Below are positions 28,516 through 39,384 of a stretch of 64,000 bases of DNA, piece after piece. The stretch lies in contig CAWDVE010000021.1 in assembly GCA_963805625.1 (NCBI GenBank), positions 1 through 64,000 on the forward strand, in the 5' to 3' direction. Below the pieces are notes generated by a model. The model had not been told where the DNA came from. It saw nothing but the letters and a program-made list of their open reading frames with translations, and did not search any database. The position numbers were made by a program, and so were the translations under genes. How positions within the stretch are numbered: the first letter of the stretch is position 1; each line of letters opens with the position of its first letter. Origin of the DNA: an uncultured Candidatus Rokubacteria bacterium. GTDB taxonomy: Bacteria; Methylomirabilota; Methylomirabilia; Rokubacteriales; DASRDR01.

Positions 28516-29915
28516 CGGGCTCGACGGATTCGGCGCCGAAAAGCCCCTGGGGCGGGCGCTTCGCAGAGCCCGCGGACGCCTCGGCCCGGGCGTTCACGGC
28601 CTCCCTGCCCTTCGATTACCGGCTCTGGCCTCACGACCTCCAGGGCAGCGAGGCATGGGCCCAGGCTCTGGCCAAGGGCGGCGTCCTCTCGGAGGCGGAG
28701 CTGGACGCGATCCTCCGAGGGCTGGCCGAGGTGCGGCAGGAGCTCGAGACGGGCGTCTTCCCCTACCGGATCGAGCTCGAGGACATCCACATGAACATCG
28801 AGCGGCGCCTGATCGAGAAGATCGGCGCCGTGGGAGGAAAGCTCCACACCGGCCGCTCGCGGAACGACCAGATCGCGCTCGACATGCGGCTCTGGCTCCG
28901 GGGCGAGATCGACGCGATCCGCCTCGCCCTCCGCGAGGTGCAGGCGGCGCTCGTCGAGCAGGCCGAGCGGCATCGCACGTGTCCGATGCCGGGGTACACG
29001 CACCTTCAGCGGGCGCAGCCGGTGTTGCTGGCTCACCATCTCCTGGCGTACGTGTTTATGCTGGCCCGGGATCGCGAGCGGCTGGCCGACGCGCGCCGCC
29101 GCCTTGACGTATGCCCGCTCGGAGCAGCCGCGCTCGCGGGCACCACCGTCCCCGTCGATCGCCACGCGCTTGCCCACGCACTGGGCTTCCGCGCCCCGAC
29201 GGCGAACAGCATGGACGCTGTGTCGGATCGCGACTTCGCGCTCGAGTTCTGCGCGGCGGCGGCGATCGCGGCCACGCACCTGTCCCGGCTCGCCGAGGAG
29301 CTCGTGCTGTGGGCGTCGGCCGAGTTCGGCTTCGTCGACCTCCCTGACGCCTACGCTACCGGGTCGTCGATCATGCCGCAGAAGAAGAACCCGGACGTGG
29401 CAGAGTTGATCCGGGGAAAGACGGGCCGGGTCTACGGGGACCTCGTCCGGCTCCTCACGGTGATGAAGGGCCTCCCCCTCGCCTACCACTCCGACATGCA
29501 GGAGGACAAGGAGGCATTCTTCGACGCGGCGGACACCCTCCGGGGCACGCTCGGCGTCCTCGCCCCCTTCCTCCGAGCCCTCCGCTTCCGCACCGACCGG
29601 CTCCGGAGGCTCGCCGGCGAGAGCTTCTCCACCGCGACCGACCTCGCCGGCTATCTGGTCCAGCGGGGCCTGCCGTTCCGTGACGCGCACGAGGTCGTCG
29701 GCCGGGCCGTGCGGCTCGCCCTCGAGCGTGGCGTGCGCCTCGAGGCGCTCCCGCTCGAGGACCTCCACGCGCTATCTCCCCTGTTCGGCCTCGACTTCCG
29801 CGAGGCGGTCTCCGTCGAGGCCTCCCTCGCCGCGCGGAACGTCTATGGCGGCACCGCCCCTGAGGCCGTGGCTCGCGCCCTCGCGGAGGCGCGCGGGCTT
29901 CTGGAGACCCCCTGA
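28512..29915 (+). CDS. argH: Argininosuccinate lyase
   Basis: WGGRF, HTGRSRNDQ, GSSIMPQKKNPD. Confidence 0.96.
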   Translation: MTGSTDSAPKSPWGGRFAEPADASARAFTASLPFDYRLWPHDLQGSEAWAQALAKGGVLSEAELDAILRGLAEVRQELETGVFPYRIELEDIHMNIERRLIEKIGAVGGKLHTGRSRNDQIALDMRLWLRGEIDAIRLALREVQAALVEQAERHRTCPMPGYTHLQRAQPVLLAHHLLAYVFMLARDRERLADARRRLDVCPLGAAALAGTTVPVDRHALAHALGFRAPTANSMDAVSDRDFALEFCAAAAIAATHLSRLAEELVLWASAEFGFVDLPDAYATGSSIMPQKKNPDVAELIRGKTGRVYGDLVRLLTVMKGLPLAYHSDMQEDKEAFFDAADTLRGTLGVLAPFLRALRFRTDRLRRLAGESFSTATDLAGYLVQRGLPFRDAHEVVGRAVRLALERGVRLEALPLEDLHALSPLFGLDFREAVSVEASLAARNVYGGTAPEAVARALAEARGLLETP

Positions 29916-29954
29916 GCCTCGCGCGCGTCCCCCGCAAATCCGGTCGAGGAGGCC

Positions 29955-31060
29955 GTGTCCGTGTCCGCACCGCGCTCGCCCTCGCCCTTCTCTTGCCGCT
30001 CCCGCTCGCCGCCTGCGGCAAGCGCGGGCCTCCCGTCGCGCCGGAGCGCAAGCTTCCGGCGGCGGTCCAGGATCTCCAGGCCGCCGTCGAGGGGAACGCG
30101 ATCCGCCTCAGCTGGACCTTGCCGAAGATCCGGCTCGACCGGAGCCCGTTGAAGGAGATCCAGCGGACCGAGGTATACCGCCGGCTCGAGAACGGGACGC
30201 CCGAAGAACCGGTCCGGCCCGCCCTCCTCGTGTTCGGGGGACTGTTCGGCCCCGCCCCGGGGGTCCCCGGATTCGAGCGGGTCGCCGACATCACGGTCGC
30301 CGAGCCAGGCCAAGCCCAGGTGCAGGGCAACCAGGTGACCTATACGGACGCCCAGGGTCTGACGTTCGGGCAGCGATACACCTACGTCGTCGTCGCGCTC
30401 GACGACCAGGGGCGGCCCAGCCCGCCCTCCAACCGTATCGTGATCGCGCTCGCGGCGGCCCCAGGCGCGCCGCCGCGCGTGGAGGCCCAGCCCGGGGACT
30501 CGCAGGTGCGCCTCATCTGGGACGCGCCCGCGACCCTGGCGGACGGGTCGCCGGCCCCGCCGGACCTCGTCTACGACGTGCTCCGGGCGACAGCACCCGG
30601 CACGCCGGCCGGTCGGCCACTCAACCCCGAGCCCGTCACCTCCCGCCAGTACATCGACCTGGCCGTCCAGAACGACGTGACCTATCACTACGCCGTCCGC
30701 GCGCGGCTCGGGCCCGGTGGCGCCCAGAGCGTGTCGAGCGCAGTCGCCACCGCGACACCGGAGGACGCCACCCCACCCGCCCAGCCACGGGGCCTCGTAG
30801 CGGTGCTCGCCGGATCGGCCATCCGTCTCGCATGGCAGGCCGTGCCAGAGGCCGATCTCGCCGGCTATCTCGTCTACCGGAGCACGACGGAGGGCCGGGG
30901 CCACGTGCGGCTCAGCGCGGCGCCGCAGGGGACCACGACGTACGTCGACGCCGACGTGCGACCGGGCCAGACCTACTTCTACGTGGTGACCGCGGTGGAC
31001 CGCTCGAAGCGCGCCAACGAGTCGGTGCCCTCGCAGGAGGCCTCCGTAACCCTTCCCTGA
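29955..31060 (+). CDS. Fibronectin type III repeat lipoprotein (possible 1-nt indel in the signal region)
   Basis: Lipobox LAAC-GKRGPP; FN3 repeats (YTYVVVALD, YHYAVRA, YFYVVTAVD); the RBS-linked GTG 29955 is one frame off the ORF. Confidence 0.8.
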
Positions 31061-31157
31061 GGCGCCTTCGTCTTGATTCGCGCCGGGGGCCATGCTACCG
31101 TCCCCGCGACTGCTCCGCCCGCGCGATCGAAGCTCGTGTAGCGAAGGAGGTTGGGCG

Positions 31158-32048
31158 ATGCGACGAACCTTCCAGGGCTCTCTGGTCGCCATGGTCACGC
31201 CGTTCCACGACGGTCGGATCGACGAGGACAAGCTCCGCGAGCTCGTCGAGTTCCACGTGGCGCACGGGACCGACGGCCTGGTCCCGTGCGGAACGACGGG
31301 GGAATCGCCGACTCTCACTCACGAGGAGCACAAGCGGGTCGTCGAGATCGTGATCCACGAGACGCGCGGCCGGATCCCCGTGGTCGCGGGCACCGGCTCG
31401 AACTCGACCGCCGAGGCGATCGAGCTCACGCGCCACGCCGCGAAGGCCGGGGCCGCCGGCGCGCTACTCGTGACCCCCTACTACAACAAGCCCACCCAGC
31501 AGGGACTCTATGAGCACTTCCGCGCCATCGCCCAGTCGGTCCCCGACCTGCCGCTGATCGTCTACAACATCCAGGGCCGCACGGCGGTCAACGTCGAGAC
31601 CGAGACCCTGGCGCGGCTCGCCCAGATTCCCAACATCGTCGGCGTCAAGGAAGCCTCGGGGAGCCTCGACCAGATGACCGCCGTGATCCTGGCCTGCGGG
31701 CCGGAGTTCACGGTGCTCTCCGGCGACGACAACCTCACGCTCCCGCTCATGTCGGTCGGCGGGCGCGGGGTCATCTCGGTGGTCGGCAACTTCCTCCCGC
31801 GCGAGGTTGCGGACGTGACGCACGCGGCGCTGGAGGGGGACTGGAAGCGGGCCCGCGACCTCCACCTGAAGCTCTATCCCGTCTGCAAGGCGATGTTCAT
31901 CGAGACCAACCCGATCCCGGTGAAGGAAGCGATGGCCATGCTCGGGATGATCCGGGCGGAGTGGCGGCTGCCGATGTGTCCCATGACCCCGGCGAACCGG
32001 GAGAAGCTCCGCCAAGCGCTGGTCCAGGCCGGCATTCTGAAGGCCTGA
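31158..32048 (+). CDS. dapA: 4-hydroxy-tetrahydrodipicolinate synthase
   Basis: GTTGES, PYYNKP, GVKEASG, ETNPIPVK. Confidence 0.96.
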   Translation: MRRTFQGSLVAMVTPFHDGRIDEDKLRELVEFHVAHGTDGLVPCGTTGESPTLTHEEHKRVVEIVIHETRGRIPVVAGTGSNSTAEAIELTRHAAKAGAAGALLVTPYYNKPTQQGLYEHFRAIAQSVPDLPLIVYNIQGRTAVNVETETLARLAQIPNIVGVKEASGSLDQMTAVILACGPEFTVLSGDDNLTLPLMSVGGRGVISVVGNFLPREVADVTHAALEGDWKRARDLHLKLYPVCKAMFIETNPIPVKEAMAMLGMIRAEWRLPMCPMTPANREKLRQALVQAGILKA

Positions 32049-32066
32049 GAAGAGTCGACCCGGCCC

Positions 32067-32867
32067 GTGGTCGAGCTGGTCGTCGCGGGCGCGGCCGGGC
32101 GGATGGGCGGGCGGATCATCGCCCTGGCCCGGGACGCGGCAGAGTTCCGGGTGACAGGCGCCTTCGAGCGGGCCGGTCACCCCGCCCTCGGGCGCGACGC
32201 CGGGGAGGTCGCCGGCGCAGGCCACTTGGGCGTGCCGATCGCCCTCGATCCCGGGCCGCTCCTCGCCGCGGGGCGCGTCCTCGTCGAGTTCACCGCGCCC
32301 GAGCCGACCCTCGAGCACCTTCGTCTGGCCGCCGCCCGGGGCACCGGGGCAGTCGTCGGCACGACGGGTCTCCAGGCGGCTCAGGTCGACGAGGTTCGCC
32401 GGCTCGCCGCGCGGGTGCCCATCATGCTCTCGCCCAACATGAGCGTCGGGGTGAACCTCGCCTTCCGCGTCCTGGCGCTGATGGCCAAGGCTCTCGGTGA
32501 CGACTACGATGTCGAGATCACCGAGATCCACCACCGGATGAAGAAGGACGCGCCGAGCGGCACGGCCGCCAGGATGGCCGAGGTGATCGCCGAGGCGCTC
32601 GGGCGCCGGATCGAGGATGCCGGGGTCTATGGTCGCCATGGCCTAGTCGGGGAGCGGACCACGAAGGAGATCGGCGTCCACGCTCTCCGGGGGGGCGATG
32701 TCGTCGGCGAGCACACGGTCGTCTTCAGCACCGTCGGGGAGCGGCTCGAGCTGACCCACCGGGCCCACAGCCGCGACACGTTCGCGCACGGAGCGCTCCG
32801 GGCGGTGCGGTTCGTCGCGACCGCTCCCCCGGGTCTCTACTCGATGCACGACGTCCTCGGGCTCTAG
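32067..32867 (+). CDS. dapB: 4-hydroxy-tetrahydrodipicolinate reductase
   Basis: GAAGRMG, GTTG, EIHHRMKKDAPSGTA. Confidence 0.96.
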   Translation: MVELVVAGAAGRMGGRIIALARDAAEFRVTGAFERAGHPALGRDAGEVAGAGHLGVPIALDPGPLLAAGRVLVEFTAPEPTLEHLRLAAARGTGAVVGTTGLQAAQVDEVRRLAARVPIMLSPNMSVGVNLAFRVLALMAKALGDDYDVEITEIHHRMKKDAPSGTAARMAEVIAEALGRRIEDAGVYGRHGLVGERTTKEIGVHALRGGDVVGEHTVVFSTVGERLELTHRAHSRDTFAHGALRAVRFVATAPPGLYSMHDVLGL

Positions 32868-32885
32868 CCGGGGACGGCCGCCCGC

Positions 32886-33272
32886 ATGAGCCCCGTCCGG
32901 CCGAGCCGCGGACCGTCTGATATGCTTTTCGTGGAAGACATCCGGTTCTATGGTCATCACGGCGTCACCCCTGCCCAACAGGAGGTCGGGGCGTGGTTCT
33001 CGGTGGACGTCGAGCTCGCGCTCGACCTGACCCCGGCCGCGCTCTCCGACGACCTGGACGCGGGGGTCGACTACGGTCAGGTGGTGCAGCGCGTGGTGGC
33101 GGTGGGCACCGGCGGACGGGTCCACCTGATCGAGCGGCTGGCGGGACTGCTCTGCGAGGTGCTCCTTCGGGAGTATCCGGCGCGCGACGTCACGGTGACC
33201 GTACGCAAGGTGACCGCGCCGCTCGACGGGGTCGCCGCGGTGCCGGGGGTGTGCATGACACGGAGTCGCTAG
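32886..33272 (+). CDS. folB: Dihydroneopterin aldolase
   Basis: FYGHHGV, VDYG, LIERLA. Confidence 0.9.
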   Translation: MSPVRPSRGPSDMLFVEDIRFYGHHGVTPAQQEVGAWFSVDVELALDLTPAALSDDLDAGVDYGQVVQRVVAVGTGGRVHLIERLAGLLCEVLLREYPARDVTVTVRKVTAPLDGVAAVPGVCMTRSR

Positions 33273-33274
33273 GG

Positions 33275-33784
33275 ATGGCGCGGGTTTTTCTCTCGCTCGG
33301 CTCGAACCTGGGAGACCGGCGGCGGCACCTCGAGGTGGCGCTGGCCCGGCTCCGCTCGGAGATGGCGGTCCGCGTCGTCACGTGCTCGCAGGTCTACGAG
33401 ACGACACCCTGGCCAGAGATCGGCTCGCCGCGCGAGACATGGCACCTGAACTGCGCGGTCGAGATTGAGACCGAGCTGCCGCCCCACCGGCTCCTTCGAC
33501 TGACCCAGGCCATCGAGACCCAGTCGGGCCGGGTCTCCCCAGCGGGACCGCCCGGTCCATCGAGTCCGCGAACCCTGGACATCGACATCCTCCTCTACGC
33601 GGACCAGGTCATCGCGGAGGACCGCCTTCAGATCCCCCATCCGTTCCTGCACCTGCGCCGGTTCGTGCTGGTCCCCCTGGCCGATATCGCGCCCGAAGTC
33701 GAGCACCCGACGCTCTACCAGTCGATCATGGACCTGCTGGGCGAGCTACCCGGCGAGGGCGACGTGCTCCCGTACCCCGACTGA
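33275..33784 (+). CDS. folK: HPPK (6-hydroxymethyl-dihydropterin pyrophosphokinase)
   Basis: LSLGSNLGD, PRTLDIDILLY, IPHP, RRFVLVPL. Confidence 0.93.
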   Translation: MARVFLSLGSNLGDRRRHLEVALARLRSEMAVRVVTCSQVYETTPWPEIGSPRETWHLNCAVEIETELPPHRLLRLTQAIETQSGRVSPAGPPGPSSPRTLDIDILLYADQVIAEDRLQIPHPFLHLRRFVLVPLADIAPEVEHPTLYQSIMDLLGELPGEGDVLPYPD

Positions 33785-33795
33785 TCCGCGGCCCC

Positions 33796-34356
33796 TTGCC
33801 CGGGGCGGGGCATTCTGCTAGTGTCCCGAGCCAGGGGCCAGCCTTGCCCGAGCCGTCCACCGAGTTTCGCCAGCAGGCGCTCACGCACCTCGACACGCTC
33901 TACAACTTCGCCCTGCGGCTGACCAAGCGGCCTCCGGACGCCGACGATCTCGTCCAGGAGACGTACCTCCGGGCCTTCCGGTTTGCCCACCGCTTCGAGC
34001 CGGGAACGCACCTCCGGGCCTGGTTGTTCCAGATACTGAGGAACACGTTCCTCACGTTCTACCGACGGGAGACGCACCAGCCGGTGCTCCTCGACAAGGA
34101 ACTGGACGACGGGTTCGAGGAGGCACCCGCGGGGGAGGCTCCGGACCCGGCAGTCGTGACCGTGCTGGACCTCGAGCGGGCGCTCTCGGAGCTGCCCGAG
34201 GATTTCCGGTCCGTGCTGCTCCTCGCGGACCTGGAAGGGCTGGCCTTACACGAGATCGGGCAGATCATGGACATCCCCATCGGGACGGTCAAGTCGCGAC
34301 TCTTCCGGGCGCGCCGGATGGTGCGCCGGCGCCTGGGCGATTACCGGACGAACTGA
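33796..34356 (+). CDS. ECF sigma-70 factor
   Basis: DADDLVQETYLRA, RAWLFQI, IPIGTVKSRLFRAR. Confidence 0.92.
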   Translation: MPGAGHSASVPSQGPALPEPSTEFRQQALTHLDTLYNFALRLTKRPPDADDLVQETYLRAFRFAHRFEPGTHLRAWLFQILRNTFLTFYRRETHQPVLLDKELDDGFEEAPAGEAPDPAVVTVLDLERALSELPEDFRSVLLLADLEGLALHEIGQIMDIPIGTVKSRLFRARRMVRRRLGDYRTN

Positions 34357-34358
34357 GC

Positions 34359-35150
34359 ATGGACTGCCACGCGACCCGCGAGGTCCTCGAGGAGTACCGC
34401 CGGCGCGAGCTCGAGCCCGACCGCGCCCGGGCCGTCGAGACGCACCTCCAGGAATGCCCCGCATGCCGGGCAATCCTCGCGCGGGAAGAGGCGGTGGCCC
34501 GGCTCGTCCATGCCCTGCCCCGCCCGTCCGCGCCAGCGGCTCTGGTGCGCCAGGTCCAGGCCCTCGGCATGCGTCCTCGGGGGATCGCCGGCTGGCTGGG
34601 GCGCCCCTGGGTCGCCGCCGCCGTCGCGGCGATCGTCGTCGCGGCCGTACTCGCTCCGTGGCTGCGCCGGCCGGCGGAACGGCCCGGCGACATCGTCGAC
34701 GCCCTGATCCAGTCGGGTGTCGCGGAGCACCGGCGGATCCTGCTCGATCTCGAGGCGACTCCCCGGGAGATCAGCAATCCGGATGCCGACGCGCTCTTTC
34801 AGCGCGTCCGGTCGGTCACCACGGTCGAGCTCCCAAAGGTGTTCGCGGGAACTGACGAGCTCCACCTCCTCGCCGCGCGCCCCACGATCCTGGCAAGCCG
34901 GAAGACGGCGGCCGCCACGCTCCGCTACAAGACCTTGCCCGACACGACCTACTTCGTGCTTCCCGGACCGGATCTGCCCATGCCAACCGAGGGCCGGGTC
35001 CAGATCGAGCAATACCGGCCGTACATGCGCGAGGTCAACGGGTTCAACGTCGTGTACTGGAAGCAGAAGGACCTGGTCTACCTCATGGTATCGGGGCTCG
35101 ACCGGGAGGGGTGCCAGAAGCTGTACCTCAAGGTACGGCAGACGCTGTAG
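34359..35150 (+). CDS. zf-HC2 membrane anti-sigma factor
   Basis: HLQECPAC motif plus TM helix, directly after the ECF sigma. Confidence 0.88.
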   Translation: MDCHATREVLEEYRRRELEPDRARAVETHLQECPACRAILAREEAVARLVHALPRPSAPAALVRQVQALGMRPRGIAGWLGRPWVAAAVAAIVVAAVLAPWLRRPAERPGDIVDALIQSGVAEHRRILLDLEATPREISNPDADALFQRVRSVTTVELPKVFAGTDELHLLAARPTILASRKTAAATLRYKTLPDTTYFVLPGPDLPMPTEGRVQIEQYRPYMREVNGFNVVYWKQKDLVYLMVSGLDREGCQKLYLKVRQTL

Positions 35151-35425
35151 CTGGCCTCCCAGGGGTCCGACGTGGTGCTCTTCGCCAGCGAGCAGAGCAT
35201 CTCGATCGCCGGCGTCATCGGCATCTTTATCCGGGTTGTGAAGCGGGCGCCTCGCATCATCTGCATGCCCGACTCGGTGAGCCGGCTCAGCCGCCTGAGA
35301 TTCCGGTCCCTAGCATGGACGGACCGCGCGCCGCAGATGCTGGATCCAGCCGCGGGTGTCCGCGAGGTGGCACGGGAGACTTCCCGCCCCTCCCCGATCG
35401 CTGACCGCCGCCGAGGGTCGCGGCG

Positions 35426-36253
35426 TCAGCTGGCCCGTGGATCCAGGAGGTCGCGGAGCCCGTCGCCGAGCAGGTTGAATCCGAGAACGGCGAGCGCGAT
35501 GGCGGCGCCGGGAAAGACCGCGTACCAGGGGGAGAGCTGGAGGAAGTTCTGGGCCTCCCGCAGCATGAGCCCCCACGACGGATGGGGCGGCTGGGGCCCG
35601 AGCCCAAGGTACGAGAGGGCCGCCTCGGCAAGGATCGCCAAGGGGAACGAGATGGTCGCCTGCACGATCAGCGGCGACACCGTGTTGGGCAGGATGTGGC
35701 GCCAGAGGATCAGCCCGTCCCGGGCCCCGAGCGCCCGCGCGGCCGTGACGAATTCCTGCGCCCGAAGCGACAGGACGCTCGCCCGCGTCAGCCGCGCGAA
35801 GACCGGCACGTACGCGATGCCGACGGCGATCATGCTGATGAGCACGCCGGGGCCGAACACCGACGTGACCAGGAGCGCGGAAAGGACCGCCGGGAATCCA
35901 TAGACAGCGTCCGTCACCCGCATCGCCGCCTCGTCGAGCCAGCCGCCGATCCAGCCACCGGCCGCGCCCAGGACCACGCCGACGCTCAAGCCGATCGCGA
36001 CCGCCACGGCCCCGACGGCGAGCGAGGCGATGGCTCCGCGCATGACCCGGGACAGGAGGTCGCGCCCGTACTGGTCGGTGCCCATCGGGTGGGTCGCGGA
36101 CGGCCCCTCCAGGCGGGCCGCGAGCTCCATGCGCAGGGGGTCCCGCGGCGTGTACACGAGGGAGCAGACGGCGGTCCCGACGATCGCCACGGTGAGCGCC
36201 AGGCCGACCGCGAACCCGGGATGGTGGAGCGCCCGACGCCAGCGCCTACTCAT
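35426..36253 (-). CDS. Peptide/nickel ABC permease (DppC-like)
   Basis: GTDQYGRD, EFVTAARALGA, PSWGLML. Confidence 0.92.
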   Translation of the reverse strand: MSRRWRRALHHPGFAVGLALTVAIVGTAVCSLVYTPRDPLRMELAARLEGPSATHPMGTDQYGRDLLSRVMRGAIASLAVGAVAVAIGLSVGVVLGAAGGWIGGWLDEAAMRVTDAVYGFPAVLSALLVTSVFGPGVLISMIAVGIAYVPVFARLTRASVLSLRAQEFVTAARALGARDGLILWRHILPNTVSPLIVQATISFPLAILAEAALSYLGLGPQPPHPSWGLMLREAQNFLQLSPWYAVFPGAAIALAVLGFNLLGDGLRDLLDPRAS

Positions 36254-37190
36254 ACCGGATCCGTGGGTCGAGCACCGTGTAGAGGACGTCCACGATGAAG
36301 TTGAACGTGACGACTGTCACCGCGACGAAGAGCACCACGCCCTGCACGACCGGCAAGTCCCGGGCGCTGATCGCGCCGAGGGCGAGGCGGCCCAGGCCCG
36401 GCAGGTAGAAGACATTCTCCAGCACGATGCTGCCGGTCAGGAGCTGGCCGAGCTGGAGTCCCACGATCGTGACGATCGTGAGGAGCGCGTTCCGCAGAAC
36501 GTGCTTCCAGGTCACCATCCGCTCGGCGAGGCCCTTCGCGCGCGCGGTCCGCACGTGGTCGGCCCGGAGGACCTCGAGAACCGCCGCGCGCGTCGTTCGC
36601 GTTAGGATGGCCGCCTGGATCACTCCGAGCGCGAAGGCCGGCAGCAGCAGCGCACGGAGCCCCAGCCAGACGCCGCCCGACCACCCGTCGAACCCGCCCG
36701 CCTGCACCCAGCCGAGGCGCACGGCGAAGAGGAGGATCAGGAGGAGCCCGGCCCAGAACGACGGAATCGCGATGCCAAGCTGCGAGAGGAGCATCGCGAC
36801 GTAGTCCCCCGCCCGCCCCTGCCGGGTTGCCGCGAAGACCCCGAGCGGGATGGCCGTCAGCACCATGAAGGTGGCGGCGAGGACGGTGAGCGGCAGCGTG
36901 ACGGCGAGACGACTCAGGACCAGGCGCCCGACGCCCACGTCGTATTGGATCGACCGCCCGAGGTCGCCCCGGAGCGCGCTTCCGAGCCACTCCACGTACT
37001 GGACCAGGATGGGCCGGTCGAGCCCCATCGCGCGCCGGAGCGCCGCCGCCGCTTCCGGACTCGCCTCCGTGCCCATGATGAGGAGTGCTGGGTCCCCGGG
37101 CAGTATCCGGACGACGGTGAAGATCAGCAGCGAGACGACGAAGAGCGTGGCGAGAAACGCCACGGCCCGGCGCAGGATCAGCTGGCGCAT
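36246..37190 (-). CDS. Peptide/nickel ABC permease (DppB-like)
   Basis: PGDPA, RTARAKGL, RDLPVVQG, LDPRIR. Confidence 0.92.
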   Translation of the reverse strand: MRQLILRRAVAFLATLFVVSLLIFTVVRILPGDPALLIMGTEASPEAAAALRRAMGLDRPILVQYVEWLGSALRGDLGRSIQYDVGVGRLVLSRLAVTLPLTVLAATFMVLTAIPLGVFAATRQGRAGDYVAMLLSQLGIAIPSFWAGLLLILLFAVRLGWVQAGGFDGWSGGVWLGLRALLLPAFALGVIQAAILTRTTRAAVLEVLRADHVRTARAKGLAERMVTWKHVLRNALLTIVTIVGLQLGQLLTGSIVLENVFYLPGLGRLALGAISARDLPVVQGVVLFVAVTVVTFNFIVDVLYTVLDPRIRYE

Positions 37191-37284
37191 GGACAGCTCC
37201 GTGCCGCGGACGCCCGAGACGGCGCCGCCCCGAGGCGGACCCCGGGGCGGGCGGCGGCGGGTGACGGCACGGCCGCGCGCGACG

Positions 37285-38808
37285 CTATTTCGCCCAGCCC
37301 ACCTCCGAGAGGTCCAGGGACGGGGTGGGGAGGTCCTTCCAGATGCCCTGGACGCCCTTCTTGGCCGCCACCAGGCGCGGGTACACGTAGAGCCAGACGA
37401 CCGGGGCCTCGTCGGCCATGATCTTCTGGAGCTGGACGTACAGCTCGCGGCGCTTCTTGTCGTCGAGCATCAGCTCGGACTCCTGAAAGACCGTCTGGAA
37501 GCGCGGGCTCTCGTACCGGTAGTAGTACTTCGGGTTCGCGTAGTTGCCGGCATCCCAGGCCTCGGCGTGCCCGATGATCGTCATGTCGTAGTCGGCGTTC
37601 TTGTAGACGCGATCGAGCCACTGGCCCCACTCGATCTGCTCGAGCTTCACGCGGATGCCGACCTTGGCGAGCTGCGCGAGCAGCACCTCCCCCGTCCGCA
37701 CCGTGTACGAGTACTGCGGTGTGACCTTGAGGACGGCCTCGAAGCCGCTCGGGTATCCCGCCTCCGTGAGGAGCTGCTTGGCCCGCGCAGGGTCGTGCGG
37801 CACCGCCTTGGCCATGTCGACGAAGTAGGGGTTGAGCGGGTCGACGTTGGACCCGAGAACTCGCCCGAAGCCGAACATCGCCCCCTTCACGACCTCCGGC
37901 TTGTCGATGGCGTGCGTGATCGCGCGCCGGACCCTGACGTCGGAGAACGGCTTCTTCGAGTTGTTGAGCGCCAGGATGACATCGTTCGTGGTCTCACCCT
38001 GGATGAGCTGGAGGTTCGGGGTGCGGCGAACGACCTCGACCGATTCCGGCCCCAGGCCGAACGCCATCACGTCGATATCGCCCGCCTGGAGCGCGGCGAG
38101 CGCGGCATTGGCGTCGGGAATGAACCGGAACGTGACGCGCTCGAGCTTCGGCAGGCCCTTGACGTGATATTCGGGGTTGCGCTTGAGGATGATGCGGTCA
38201 CCCCGGTCCCAGCGCTCCAGCATGAACGGCCCGGTCCCGATGGGCTGCGACTTCTGCTGGTCCACGGCCTCCCGCGGATAGATCACCGAGCCCTGGCGCG
38301 CGAGATTGTAGAGGAACATCGCGTTGGTACGCTTGAGCGTGATCGTGACGGTGTAGGGATCCCGCACGTGGATCGTGGCGATGTCCTCGTACTGCCGGGC
38401 GTGGGGGTGCTTGGTCTCGGGGTTCCGGGCGCGGTCGAGGACGAACTTGACGTCCTCGGCAGTGAGCTCGCGACCGCCGTGGAACCGCACGCCCTTCTTG
38501 AGGAAGAAGGTGTAGTTGAGGTTGTCGGTCGTATGCCAACGCTCGGCGAGCCAGGGGACCAGTCGGCCCTGGGCGTCGACCTTAACCAGGGCCTCCTGGA
38601 TGTTGTAGAAGACGACGGTCGCCGTCGCCGATGCGGGCGTCGCGGTGAGGTCGAGCCCCGGCGGCTCCGCGGTGGTCTGCACCGCGAGGGCGGCGCCCTG
38701 CGCCCTGACGACGGGCGGCCCGAGGAGTCCAGGAATCCCGAGCCCGGAGCCGGCCGCCAGAACCGCGGCCGTTCCGAGAAGCCAGCCCAACCGAGGCCAT
38801 CTTGCCAT
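37285..38808 (-). CDS. Peptide ABC substrate-binding protein (family 5)
   Basis: LAERW, GVRFHGG, IGTGPF, DVRVRRAI. Confidence 0.92.
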   Translation of the reverse strand: MARWPRLGWLLGTAAVLAAGSGLGIPGLLGPPVVRAQGAALAVQTTAEPPGLDLTATPASATATVVFYNIQEALVKVDAQGRLVPWLAERWHTTDNLNYTFFLKKGVRFHGGRELTAEDVKFVLDRARNPETKHPHARQYEDIATIHVRDPYTVTITLKRTNAMFLYNLARQGSVIYPREAVDQQKSQPIGTGPFMLERWDRGDRIILKRNPEYHVKGLPKLERVTFRFIPDANAALAALQAGDIDVMAFGLGPESVEVVRRTPNLQLIQGETTNDVILALNNSKKPFSDVRVRRAITHAIDKPEVVKGAMFGFGRVLGSNVDPLNPYFVDMAKAVPHDPARAKQLLTEAGYPSGFEAVLKVTPQYSYTVRTGEVLLAQLAKVGIRVKLEQIEWGQWLDRVYKNADYDMTIIGHAEAWDAGNYANPKYYYRYESPRFQTVFQESELMLDDKKRRELYVQLQKIMADEAPVVWLYVYPRLVAAKKGVQGIWKDLPTPSLDLSEVGWAK

Positions 38809-38911
38809 GGTCGCGCCTCCACCTGACGGCGGGTAGAAACCGCGCCCACTATACCCGAAGCGTGGAAGCGCGCTCAAGACGCGGACGGTCCCGTGCCATC
38901 ATGGGCGCGCG

Positions 38912-39373
38912 ATGCGCCGCGCCGCCCTCGTCTTCGTCGCCGTCGCCCTCACCCTGGCCGCCGTCGCGGTGGGCTTGCGCCGCGACCCCAGCGGCGGCCG
39001 GGTCGCCCAGCCACCCGCGCCCGGTCCCATCGCCGGGGAGGCCTCCAGGCCCGCGTCCGCGCCGACGGTCGCCGCGACGCCCGCCACCCGGCCGGGCACC
39101 ACCGGCAGCGCCGCCTCCGTCGGCCTCGAGCGGGCGCGAGACGTGCTGGCCGCGATCGAGACGCGGGGGGGCGAGCCCCCGGCGGGCCACGTCGGGGGGC
39201 GCGCGTTTCACAATCGCGAGCGGCGGCTGCCCGCGGGGCGGTACCGGGAGTACGATCTGCACCCGCGGGTCCCCGGTCAGGACCGGGGCCCGGAGCGGCT
39301 CGTCATCGAACAGACCTCCGGCCGGGCCTACTACACCAGCGATCACTACCGCACCTTCGTGCCACTGAACTGA
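38912..39373 (+). CDS. Barnase/RNase Sa-like guanyl ribonuclease with N-terminal signal/anchor
   Basis: FHNRERRLP, YREYD, RGPERLV, YYTSDHYRTF. Confidence 0.9.
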   Translation: MRRAALVFVAVALTLAAVAVGLRRDPSGGRVAQPPAPGPIAGEASRPASAPTVAATPATRPGTTGSAASVGLERARDVLAAIETRGGEPPAGHVGGRAFHNRERRLPAGRYREYDLHPRVPGQDRGPERLVIEQTSGRAYYTSDHYRTFVPLN

Positions 39374-39384
39374 GGCGGGCCAGG

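Noticed and set aside
29950-29995. Programmed frameshift in the FN3 lipoprotein (also at 3304 and ~19220)
   Set aside because: No slippery heptamer; single-base indels fit assembly error or decay better. Needs a read check.
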